The notes under the pieces: generated by a model | What the model saw: only the letters and a program-made list of their open reading frames with translations | Told to the model about the DNA's origin: nothing | Databases searched by the model: none | In this document: positions 9,737 through 18,466 of the stretch, piece after piece | How the letters are laid out: every line of letters starts with the position of its first letter | How positions within the stretch are numbered: the stretch's first letter is position 1 | Assembly: GCA_014360015.1 (NCBI GenBank) | Contig: JACIYJ010000004.1 | Location: 257,520 to 321,519 of the forward strand | Length of the DNA stretch: 64,000 nt | Reading direction: 5' to 3' | DNA from: Candidatus Aminicenantes bacterium | Lineage (GTDB): Bacteria; Acidobacteriota; Aminicenantia; Aminicenantales; Saccharicenantaceae | Position numbers and translations under genes: made by a program

Positions 9737-9852
9737 TCTCATCTTTCGCTCCGGCCGAAGCCGGAACTCAACGCTTTTGGCACCTTGCTCTCGCTCCGAG
9801 CAGGTTGCCGGGCTTCATCGGGCGCGTTAACCCTCTGCCTCTCTGGATGAGA
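9737..9852 (-). promoter_or_regulatory. SAM-I (S-box) riboswitch in the leader of the MAT gene
   Basis: The minus strand reads TCTCATCCAGAGAGGCAGAGGGTTAACGCGCCCGATGAAGCCCGGCAACC...GGTGCCAAAAGCG...AAAGATGAGAGG. This carries the conserved AGAGNGGCNGAGGGA, GCCCGATGAANCCCNGCAACC, GGTGC.AA and AGATGAG elements, and P1 pairs CTCATC with GATGAG. A roughly 170 nt expression platform separates it from the ATG. Confidence 0.8.
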
Positions 9853-10035
9853 GGATGAGAACGCCAGCGCCATATTTATTATAGCCAAATAAAAACAGCC
9901 AGACAATCCTGAATTTAATTTTTATAAAATTTTTTGTCAGAATTTTATATTTTCATTTTCAACAATTTTTACTGATTAAATGTTTTATAAAAAGTGTATA
10001 AAAAGAGGATAGAGGTTAACGTCCCTGAATATAGT

Positions 10036-11454
10036 TTAACGTCCGTCAATCAACACCTTCTTAACTCTTGTCCGGTAATCAAGCGGGTTACCACTGAAAA
10101 TGACTATGTCGGCGTCCTTACCTGGAGCGAGACTACCGATTCTATCAGCTACACCGATAACCTCAGCAGCGTTAATGGTGATGGCTCTAAGAGCTTCTTC
10201 CTCTGGCAGGCCGCCCCTCACCGCCAGCGCCGCAATCAAAGGCAGCTCCTCCAGCGCACCCAAGCCATACCGAACCTCACTCTGAAGAACAATTTTTACA
10301 CCTGCCTTATACAGCCGTGCCGCATTACTTGCTTCCACCTTTTCCGTCTCTGTTCTCTTCGGACCAATGCCCATCGGACCGACAATAACCGGTATCTTTC
10401 TTCTAGCAATTTCATCAGCCAGCATATAGCCTTCCACGCAACCTATAAAAACGGCCTTGAGTTTGAATTCGTCCACCAGCCTCAAAGCTCCACTTATATC
10501 ATCAATCCGGTAACATTCGATAAAAGCCGGCAGTTCTCCTCTGACCACCTTAGTTAGTGGCTCGAGCTTCAGGTCTTTTTTGGGAGCCTGAATATTAGAC
10601 ACCTCTTTTTTCGACTTCTTCGCTTCGGCCAGTTTTTTCTCGTAGGCGGCCCATTTCTCCCCATATTCTTTCGCTTCGAGGAGAGCCTGCCTGATGACAT
10701 AGACATTTCCCATCCTGGTGGATGGTAAGCGCCCCTTGCCGCCAAAGGCTTCTTTCGGCCCCTCTCCGATAGAAAACTTCAACCCAGCCGGTGATAGGAT
10801 GGTCATTTCTTCCGCAGTTTTGCCTTTAAGCTTTATGACCGCAGTCTGCCCGCCGATAACCGACCTTCGTCCCGGAGCGACCAGCGCAGCCGTTATCCCT
10901 GCCATCCTGGCCTGTTCAATTCTCTTATCGAACGGATAAAGCCCGTCAATAACCTGAAGCTGAGCCACATTTGGTTCGGACAGCTCTTCATTCTCGCTGC
11001 GCCCGGTTTCATCCACCAGTCCGAGTGTGGAATGAGCATCAATCATACCCGGCAGCACCCAGGCTTCCGGCTCATCAATAACTTCAGCCCCTTCCGGCAT
11101 AGCCAGGTCTTTCCCCACTGCTTTTACCTTCCCGGCTTCAACTATTACCATTCCCTTTTCAATCGCCGGACCGACCATGGTCAGAATCTTTCCGGCTCTG
11201 ATCACCAGCACCTTGCCTGAGCCGGGGGCCTGAATATTTACCTGGCCGGTAACTTCTGCTGCTCTAACTGGCGGAATCATATTTTTATCGATAATTACCC
11301 CGCAGGCCACCACAGCGATAAAACTCAGGAACACAGCCGAGGTCTTCCGCACCAGCCTTGATAGATATCTTATGCTTTTAAAAAAATTTTTCCTAACTCC
11401 CCTGATTATATCCATCTCAACCAGTACCTTCTGCCTTTTCATTTTTTCCATCAT
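10036..11454 (-). CDS. Membrane-anchored metal-dependent amidohydrolase (imidazolonepropionase-related family, COG1228-like)
   Basis: An N-terminal TM segment is followed by GMIDAHSTLGL and an amidohydrolase TIM-barrel pattern. It is a paralog of the adjacent gene. Confidence 0.75.
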   Translation of the reverse strand: MMEKMKRQKVLVEMDIIRGVRKNFFKSIRYLSRLVRKTSAVFLSFIAVVACGVIIDKNMIPPVRAAEVTGQVNIQAPGSGKVLVIRAGKILTMVGPAIEKGMVIVEAGKVKAVGKDLAMPEGAEVIDEPEAWVLPGMIDAHSTLGLVDETGRSENEELSEPNVAQLQVIDGLYPFDKRIEQARMAGITAALVAPGRRSVIGGQTAVIKLKGKTAEEMTILSPAGLKFSIGEGPKEAFGGKGRLPSTRMGNVYVIRQALLEAKEYGEKWAAYEKKLAEAKKSKKEVSNIQAPKKDLKLEPLTKVVRGELPAFIECYRIDDISGALRLVDEFKLKAVFIGCVEGYMLADEIARRKIPVIVGPMGIGPKRTETEKVEASNAARLYKAGVKIVLQSEVRYGLGALEELPLIAALAVRGGLPEEEALRAITINAAEVIGVADRIGSLAPGKDADIVIFSGNPLDYRTRVKKVLIDGR

Positions 11455-11466
11455 TCCTCCTGTTTT

Positions 11467-12825
11467 CTAATCAATTTTTATCGATGGGCTTTTATACACT
11501 TCCTGGCCGTCGATAAAAACCCGCAATGCTTCCTGTCTGATGTCAAACAGATCGCCGCTCCAGACAACCAGGTCGGCATCCTTTCCCTTTTCCAGGCTTC
11601 CCAGCCGGCTTTCCAGTCCGGCCAGCCTGGCCGGATTGATGGTAATGGCTTTAAGCGCCGCTTCAGGGTCCATTCCGTACTTCACAGCTATAGCCGCCTG
11701 GGTTCTCAGGAAAGGCTGCTGGATTACATCGGCATCGGTCATGATGCAGACCTCAACTCCGCGCTGGTACAGATAATCGGCCAGGTTGATGAGCCGGTTC
11801 TGGTCATCGTAGGTTATCATTCTCGGTCCGACTACCACTGTTACCTTGTTCCGGGCCAGCTCGTCAGCCACTTTATAAGCTTCTTCGGCATGGGCCAGGG
11901 AAAGCTGCTTGAAGCCAAACTCCTTAGCCAGACGAACCGCGGTCATGATGTCATCGGCCGAGTTTACATGGATGTGGACGGGAATTTTCCGCTCAAGCAC
12001 TAACAGCATGGCTTCTTTTTTAAGGTCGCGTGGCGGGGCACTGGCTGCCGGATTCTTTTTCTTTTCCCTCTCATAATTTTCAAGCGCTTTCTTGTATTCA
12101 GCCGCCTCCAGCATCGCCTGACGCACAAGATATGCCGTTCCCATCTTGGTCATGGGCATCTGACCTTTCTGAGCATAAGCACTTTTTCGGCCGAGAGCCA
12201 TTTTCATGTCAGCTGGAAAAAGGATGCACATTTCATCAACCGTTCGGCCTCGGAGCTTGAGCACCGCTGACTGTCCTCCGATGACATTGCCCGAGCCGGG
12301 TCTGACCACAGCCGCAGTTACCCCTTCAGCCACCGCATTCAAGAACTGATTCTTATCGGGACCGACGCCTTCGGGGTGGATGGAGTCTATAATCCGGAGC
12401 TGAGGCGTTACCGGATCAGTCATCTCATTATCCTCGGTCACTCCGCCGCTTGGACCCAACCCCAGGTGTGAATGAGCATCTATGAGCCCCGGAGTTATGA
12501 GGCAGCCTGAGACATCCATCACCTTAGCTCCTTCTGGAATTTTGAGACTTTCGCCTATGTCAGCAATTTTCCCGCTCCTGATGATTATTGTTCCCTGCTC
12601 ATAATTCTTACCAGTAGCAGTCAGAATTCTGGCGCCCGTTAGCACAATTATTTCTTCTTTCTGTGACCCAAAACTCATAGCGGGGAGAGAAGCGATAAAT
12701 AATAAAATTGATAAAAGAACGCTGATCTTAAAAAGCCTGTTTTTATCACTGATTTTCTTCCTTCTCCCTGGCTCTAAATTTTTGTCAGGTCGAATCACAA
12801 AAATCTTAAACAGATAATTCTTCAT
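11467..12825 (-). CDS. Membrane-anchored metal-dependent amidohydrolase, tandem paralog
   Basis: An N-terminal hydrophobic anchor is followed by PGLIDAHSHLGL. The protein is collinear with its neighbour (VIGGQ.AV.KL.G and GPRM/GPMG motifs). Confidence 0.75.
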   Translation of the reverse strand: MKNYLFKIFVIRPDKNLEPGRRKKISDKNRLFKISVLLSILLFIASLPAMSFGSQKEEIIVLTGARILTATGKNYEQGTIIIRSGKIADIGESLKIPEGAKVMDVSGCLITPGLIDAHSHLGLGPSGGVTEDNEMTDPVTPQLRIIDSIHPEGVGPDKNQFLNAVAEGVTAAVVRPGSGNVIGGQSAVLKLRGRTVDEMCILFPADMKMALGRKSAYAQKGQMPMTKMGTAYLVRQAMLEAAEYKKALENYEREKKKNPAASAPPRDLKKEAMLLVLERKIPVHIHVNSADDIMTAVRLAKEFGFKQLSLAHAEEAYKVADELARNKVTVVVGPRMITYDDQNRLINLADYLYQRGVEVCIMTDADVIQQPFLRTQAAIAVKYGMDPEAALKAITINPARLAGLESRLGSLEKGKDADLVVWSGDLFDIRQEALRVFIDGQEVYKSPSIKID

Positions 12826-12950
12826 TCTTTCTTTTCTCCTGCGTGATTAAATTAACATTATGAATTCTACTATAACTTCTATCTTTAAAAAAATATGAGG
12901 ACACAAGAAGAAATTCTGGACAACCAGGAGCTTCTACTGGCCAGCGGCCT

Positions 12951-13295
12951 TTAATTTGTTCTGCCAGCTATTATTTTATCTTCTCTAACTAATATGACCC
13001 TTTCCTCTCTGGCCTGCCGAATGAGCTCTTCTGTAAACCCTTTAAGAGAAAAGATGACGAACCTTTTTTCAGTTTTTGAGTTTCCCCAAAGAACCTTGCG
13101 GGCTTTTTCTTTCAACTGGCGCAAGACTTCGCTCCCTACCGGATTTTTGCTCCACTTCACTTCCCCAAAAAGAATAATATTTTTATTTTCGTTCAAACCT
13201 ACAATACAGATCTCTTCATTTCTGTCCCACCAGCGACCTATGCGGTCAAGTTCACCCCATAAACCTCCGTTAAGTCTTATAAATTCAGCCGCCAC
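12951..13295 (-). pseudogene. Stand-alone DUF234 C-terminal fragment of an archaeal-type AAA+ ATPase (gene remnant)
   Basis: EICIVGLNENKNIILFGEVKWSKNPVGSEVLRQLKEKARKV matches the DUF234 module that normally ends roughly 450 aa ATPases. No ATPase domain lies upstream. Confidence 0.45.
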
Positions 13296-13356
13296 TTGCT
13301 CATAGACTGAAGATAAGTAATTTGGAGTATATATGTCAATAGAGACGGGAGAGTTT

Positions 13357-14052
13357 TTAACGGCCGATGGCTTTGGTTACCTCTTCTACCAGGAAAGGGA
13401 TGTCTTCTGCGCTTTTTCCCCTTGTTTCTATGGGCGAATGGAAGATGACTCTAACTTCCCCAGAACGCGGGAAAATCCTGCCTTTGGGCATAAGTTCAAA
13501 GGTGCCCTTGATGGTAATGGGAATGATCGGAGCTTGAGCGGCGATGGCTAAGAAAAAACCGCCGCGCTTGAAAGGTTGAAGCTGTCCGGTGCGGCTTCTG
13601 GTACCCTCGGGAAAAATCAGGAAAGAATAACCTCGCTCTTTCATCAGTCGCGCCGCCTCGTCGATGCTTTTCTTACCGCCACTGGCCCGCTTCCGGTCTA
13701 CCGGTATAAAGCCGACAAAACGCATGCCTGGTCCAACCACGGGAAGACGAAAGATGCTCTTTTTCAAAATGACTCGCACCTTTTGCGGGATAATATAAAA
13801 CAGAAGTGGCCCATCCAGGAAACTCAGATGGTTGGCCATAAAAACATAGCTCTTAGCTGAGTCCACATTCTCCAAGCCCTTAACCTCAACCTTCAGCCCA
13901 AGAATCCACCGGCTCACTCCCATTGCCCATTTCCCCACACTCAGCAGCGGGTCTCTTATTCCTAAGGGCCAGAAAAGCAGCAGCACCGGTGTGAGCAGCA
14001 ACACCAGCACCACATAAAATATCAGCAGAATTACTGTCCTGATTACGGCCAT
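13357..14052 (-). CDS. plsC: 1-acyl-sn-glycerol-3-phosphate acyltransferase (PlsC family)
   Basis: An N-terminal TM is followed by the HxxxxD acyltransferase motif (NHLSFLD), then FPEGTRS. Confidence 0.8.
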   Translation of the reverse strand: MAVIRTVILLIFYVVLVLLLTPVLLLFWPLGIRDPLLSVGKWAMGVSRWILGLKVEVKGLENVDSAKSYVFMANHLSFLDGPLLFYIIPQKVRVILKKSIFRLPVVGPGMRFVGFIPVDRKRASGGKKSIDEAARLMKERGYSFLIFPEGTRSRTGQLQPFKRGGFFLAIAAQAPIIPITIKGTFELMPKGRIFPRSGEVRVIFHSPIETRGKSAEDIPFLVEEVTKAIGR

Positions 14053-14315
14053 AGCTTTATGATTTTATCACAACAATTAAAATTAATTCAGATTTTTACT
14101 CATTCATTCCGATATATTATGTTCTGATTATTATTTATTCCCAGCCCTGTTCCTCAAGATTTTTTTTAGCTTGTTGCTATAGGACAAATACCACGCAATC
14201 TTAAATAACAACACATTTTTGTTGAATTTTAATATTATTATTAATAAAATTTGATTCAATGTTATATAAGATTACATGGGACCCAGATTTGGATAATAAA
14301 TAAGGGGGAATTTAA

Positions 14316-15356
14316 ATGTCCCGTTATTTAATTACTGGGGGATCTGGTTATTTTGGTTCTGTGCTGGTTGAATATCTGCTTTCGCAGGGCCATGAATGTA
14401 TCAATGTGGATATTTGCCCACAAATTATCTCACATGAATCCTTAAAAACTTTTGAGATCGACATCAGAAATTATGAGGAACTCAAAAACATATTTGAATC
14501 ATGCGGTCCTTTTGATTCAGTCTTCCATCTGGCAGCCATGCTGGCCCACTCAGTTAAAGATAAAAAGGCTTTAATGGAAACAAACGTTCTCGGCACTGAA
14601 AATGTGGTCAAATTATGTGCAGAGTTTGGCATCAAAAACCTGGTTTTCACCTCCAGTAACTGCCTTTGGGCTAAACCATTCGGCCGTCCTGTAACCGAAG
14701 AAGATAAACCGGAACCCGTGGAAGTATATGGACTCTCAAAGATGAAGGCAGAGGAAGTTCTTTTTAACTACGCTGATAGAGTCAATTCTGCCATTCTGCG
14801 TGTGCCAACGATTATAAGCTCTGGTCGTCTCGGACTTCTGGCTATATTGTTTGAATTCATAGAAGAAAACAGAATTGTCTGGATGGTAGGGAAAGGGGAA
14901 AACCATTACCAGTTTATCTATGGACCCGACCTTGCCCAGGCTGCCCTTCTGGCTTCTACAATTAACCACACCCGAATTTATAATGTAGGGAGCGATCAGG
15001 TTAAGAGCTTAAAGGAGATTTATCGGTATGTAATAGACAGGGCCGGTTCAAAGTCTAAAATCAAGCACCTGCCCAGAGTGCCCGCCATTCTGGCTATGAA
15101 AATCGCCCACTTTTTAAAATTATCTCCACTCGGCCCCTACCACTATAAAATGATTGCCGAAAGTTTTGAATTTGATACCTCAAGAATAAAAAACGAATTG
15201 GGCTGGAAGCCAACAAAAACAAACGAAGAAATGCTTTTCGAAGCCTTTCTTTATTACAAAGAGCATAAAGATGAAATCCAAAAAAGGCAAATGGCTTCAG
15301 CCCATAGAAAGCCCGCAGAAATGGGAATAATTAAATTATTGAAATGGCTATCATAA
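14316..15356 (+). CDS. NAD-dependent sugar epimerase/dehydratase (extended SDR)
   Basis: An N-terminal Rossmann motif ITGGSGYFGS is followed by the YxxxK catalytic region (YGLSKMKAE). It is the first gene of the AT-rich island. Confidence 0.8.
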   Translation: MSRYLITGGSGYFGSVLVEYLLSQGHECINVDICPQIISHESLKTFEIDIRNYEELKNIFESCGPFDSVFHLAAMLAHSVKDKKALMETNVLGTENVVKLCAEFGIKNLVFTSSNCLWAKPFGRPVTEEDKPEPVEVYGLSKMKAEEVLFNYADRVNSAILRVPTIISSGRLGLLAILFEFIEENRIVWMVGKGENHYQFIYGPDLAQAALLASTINHTRIYNVGSDQVKSLKEIYRYVIDRAGSKSKIKHLPRVPAILAMKIAHFLKLSPLGPYHYKMIAESFEFDTSRIKNELGWKPTKTNEEMLFEAFLYYKEHKDEIQKRQMASAHRKPAEMGIIKLLKWLS

Positions 15357-17053
15357 GCAACAAAAAAACTATCTTTTTAGTATGTATCTTCTCTTTTACA
15401 ATAATTGTTTTCCTGTCTGCCTTTCTAAATTTACTATTGGCTGTATTCCCGGTAAACTATGAACTGGGACATGATGAAGCAGAGCACCTTCATGTAGCCT
15501 ATCTTCTGGAGCAAGGACAAAGACCCTACCTTGATTTTATCGAAAACCATCCAACACTTTTTAACCATTATCTTAAATGGCTCTGGAAATTTTTTAAATT
15601 GCACACGGTTAGAGAGTGGGCCTTCGCCGCCAGGCTAACGATTTTCTTCCATATTGTTTTAATGTTTCTGATATTCTTCATCTGGCTTTCAGGTTTGATA
15701 AAACCAAAACCCAATAAACTGTTTATCACATTCTGCTTTTTGTTAAGTTTTTCTTTTATAGGTTTTTATCACGGCCAGCTGGAATTTATGTGGCAGATCA
15801 GACCGGATTGGATTAGTTATGGGTATTCTTTTTTAGGTTTTTATCTCTTCTATCTCTATCTAAGACACAGGGTTCAAGATAAACACCGTTTACCGTCTGC
15901 GATTTATTTAGTGATTGGCGCAGCGTTTGTTGGGCTCGGAAACGCTATCCTGCCCAAAGGATTTACCATTATATTGGGGATAACTATGGGCCTTTTATTG
16001 CTAACGTTTACGAGGCAGATTAATAGAGACTTAATTTTTAGCAAAAAAGTCATAAATGGCTCGATTCTATTTGGAATATTGGTCTTTATTTTTTTCATTC
16101 TATTTGCGAATTTGGATTGCAAATTATCAAATGTCGACCTGATAAGCTGGGCAAAAGCTAACTTTCTCCTCAATTCTTCAAAACATCTGCCATTAACCAA
16201 TGCAGATAACAATCCGATAACTTCTTTAAGCGCTATTTTTTCGCTCAATTTGACCTTAATTCTCGTCCTTTCGACTTGGCTATTTGTAAAAATTTCATCT
16301 CGGCAAACAGATGAAGGCTCAAACACCGAGAAACAACTATTAGTCTTAAGCACATCTGTAATAATAATTAACGTCTCGATGACAGGATTTGGTAATGGAC
16401 TATCCTGGCCTCATTATTTTATTCCAAGTGTTTTTGCCGCTTTAACCATATACATAATTCTTATCCTTGACCTGATTAGTTTTAAGAGAGCTTTAAGATT
16501 AAAAAAAGCAAACTTCCCAGAAAAATATTTTTTTATACTTGCGATAGTCATAATATTCTCCGTATTGTCAAAGCAGCCCATGGGATTATACAGCGGAATT
16601 ATTAATCGCCAGGCAAACCTTTCCGACAGCCTGGTGATGAAAAATAATGATTACTTAAATGAGTCTATCCTGCCAAATAACTTCATCTATTTCACCCCTA
16701 AGCCAACAGAAATGCCCATAAGGGCCCGCCATGCCGGTTATTATTTTATGCTGGTAATTGACAAAAAAATCTGGAATGATTGTTATAATTTAGGTCTTGC
16801 CCCTGAGCCTGAATCTCACCTCAAGCATCTGTTTGATACAAATCCACCTGATATTTTAGCTTTTAACGGTATGGTTAAATTATATGAGTATGTTGTCTTT
16901 GCTTATGCTGTTCAGGAAGTTAATTTGACTTGGCTTTTTGATGAGGTAGATAAACGCTATGTATTAATGAAAAACAGACAAAGGCAGATTTTCGTAAGAG
17001 AGGATTTAACTGAGCTTATGACATCAAAAGGCTGGGAGAAGGTATCAAAATGA
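15344..17053 (+). CDS. Polytopic membrane protein, possible GT-C-type (ArnT/PMT-like) glycosyltransferase
   Basis: It has at least 12 predicted TM helices and a short N-terminal loop with acidic residues (HDEAEH). It is very AT-rich, and its start overlaps the epimerase stop. Confidence 0.45.
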   Translation: MAIISNKKTIFLVCIFSFTIIVFLSAFLNLLLAVFPVNYELGHDEAEHLHVAYLLEQGQRPYLDFIENHPTLFNHYLKWLWKFFKLHTVREWAFAARLTIFFHIVLMFLIFFIWLSGLIKPKPNKLFITFCFLLSFSFIGFYHGQLEFMWQIRPDWISYGYSFLGFYLFYLYLRHRVQDKHRLPSAIYLVIGAAFVGLGNAILPKGFTIILGITMGLLLLTFTRQINRDLIFSKKVINGSILFGILVFIFFILFANLDCKLSNVDLISWAKANFLLNSSKHLPLTNADNNPITSLSAIFSLNLTLILVLSTWLFVKISSRQTDEGSNTEKQLLVLSTSVIIINVSMTGFGNGLSWPHYFIPSVFAALTIYIILILDLISFKRALRLKKANFPEKYFFILAIVIIFSVLSKQPMGLYSGIINRQANLSDSLVMKNNDYLNESILPNNFIYFTPKPTEMPIRARHAGYYFMLVIDKKIWNDCYNLGLAPEPESHLKHLFDTNPPDILAFNGMVKLYEYVVFAYAVQEVNLTWLFDEVDKRYVLMKNRQRQIFVREDLTELMTSKGWEKVSK

Positions 17054-18444
17054 AAATATTGATAATTGGAGCTGGGCCAGCAGGTCTGACAGCTGGATAT
17101 GAACTGGTTAAAAACGGTCATCAAGTTATCATATTAGAAAAAGAGAGCCAGGTTGGCGGTATTTCCAGAACAATTAACTACAAAGGATATTTATTTGACC
17201 TCGGCGGCCACCGATTTTTTACAAAATATAACGAAGTGGAAAAAATTTGGAAAGAGGTCCTGCCAGATGATTTCTTAAAAAGGCCAAGACTTTCAAGGAT
17301 TTTTTTCAAAGGGAAGTTTTTCTATTACCCGCTAAAACCTTTTAACGCTTTAATAAACCTGGGCCCCGCCAGGGCCGTCATGGCTGTTCTCAGCTACTTC
17401 AAAGCCAGACTTTTTCCATATAAGAACCCGGATACCTTCGAAAAATGGGTTACCAACAAATTTGGCCGGAGTCTTTATAAAATCTTTTTCAAGACCTATA
17501 CCGAAAAGGTATGGGGAATCCCCTGCTCTCAAATTAGTGCAGATTGGGCCGCCCAAAGAATAAAAGGTCTATCCCTGGGAACAGCCATCCTCAATTCTTT
17601 CGGGTTTATAAAAAAGGAAAAAATCAGGACTTTGATAGATGAGTTCTATTATCCCAGGCGCGGACCGGGCCAATTCTGGGAAAAAATGGCCAGTTTGATT
17701 GAAGAGAAAGGAGGCAAAATCATCCTTAATGCAGAGGCCAAAGCAATTTATGCTGAAGATAATTCTGTCATTATAAGTTTTGAAAATAAAGGCCGCCTGG
17801 AAAGCATAAAGGCTGATAGACTAATTACTTCAGCTCCATTAAAAGAAACCGTCCTCAGTTTAAATCCAAAGCCCCCAGAAATAATTTATGAAGCAGCCCA
17901 AGGACTGAATTACAGAGATTTTTTTACTGCCTGCTTGATCATAGATAAAGAAAACATATTCCCGGATAACTGGGTTTATATTCACTCCCCGGAAATAACA
18001 GCCGGCCGCCTCCAGAATTTTAAAAATTGGAGTCCCGAGATGGTCCCGGATCTCAGTAAAACATCATTGGGACTGGAATATTTCTGTTTCCAGACAGACC
18101 CTATCTGGTCAAAACCAGATGTTGAGCTTTTAGAAGTGGCCGCTTCAGACATAGAAAAATTAAAAATGGCCGTCAGAAGTGAGATTTTTGATGGCACAAT
18201 AATCCGAGTCTCAAAAGCTTACCCGGTCTATGACCCTGACTATAGAACAAAAATAGCCATCATAAAAAGCTACCTTCGACAGATTCCAAAAGTTCAGGTG
18301 ATAGGACGGAACGGCCTGCATAGGTATAATAATCAGGACCATTCTATGATGATGGGTATATATGCTGCCCGAAATATAATGGGCGCCGAATTAGATGTTT
18401 GGGACATCAATGTTGAAGAAGAATACCACGAAGAAAAGGCCTAA
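17050..18444 (+). CDS. FAD-dependent oxidoreductase, UDP-galactopyranose mutase (Glf)-like
   Basis: An N-terminal GAGPAGLTAG dinucleotide fold is followed by DLGGHRFF and YTEKVWG (compare UGM GPHIFH and YTIKQWG). Its start overlaps the upstream stop (ATGA). Confidence 0.6.
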   Translation: MKILIIGAGPAGLTAGYELVKNGHQVIILEKESQVGGISRTINYKGYLFDLGGHRFFTKYNEVEKIWKEVLPDDFLKRPRLSRIFFKGKFFYYPLKPFNALINLGPARAVMAVLSYFKARLFPYKNPDTFEKWVTNKFGRSLYKIFFKTYTEKVWGIPCSQISADWAAQRIKGLSLGTAILNSFGFIKKEKIRTLIDEFYYPRRGPGQFWEKMASLIEEKGGKIILNAEAKAIYAEDNSVIISFENKGRLESIKADRLITSAPLKETVLSLNPKPPEIIYEAAQGLNYRDFFTACLIIDKENIFPDNWVYIHSPEITAGRLQNFKNWSPEMVPDLSKTSLGLEYFCFQTDPIWSKPDVELLEVAASDIEKLKMAVRSEIFDGTIIRVSKAYPVYDPDYRTKIAIIKSYLRQIPKVQVIGRNGLHRYNNQDHSMMMGIYAARNIMGAELDVWDINVEEEYHEEKA

Positions 18445-18466
18445 GTTGATACAGCCATAAAAACGC

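Noticed and set aside
9331-9858. ORFs 9331-9858 (+) and 9630-9830 (+) in the GC-rich stretch upstream of the MAT gene
   Set aside because: This stretch is the minus-strand SAM-I riboswitch and its expression platform. The ORFs have Arg/Pro/Ala-rich GC-driven composition, no RBS, and no similarity to any known protein.
12994-13305. Plus-strand 103 aa ORF overlapping the DUF234 fragment
   Set aside because: The minus-strand reading has a clear DUF234 match. The plus-strand product is Ser/Leu-rich with no similarity to anything.
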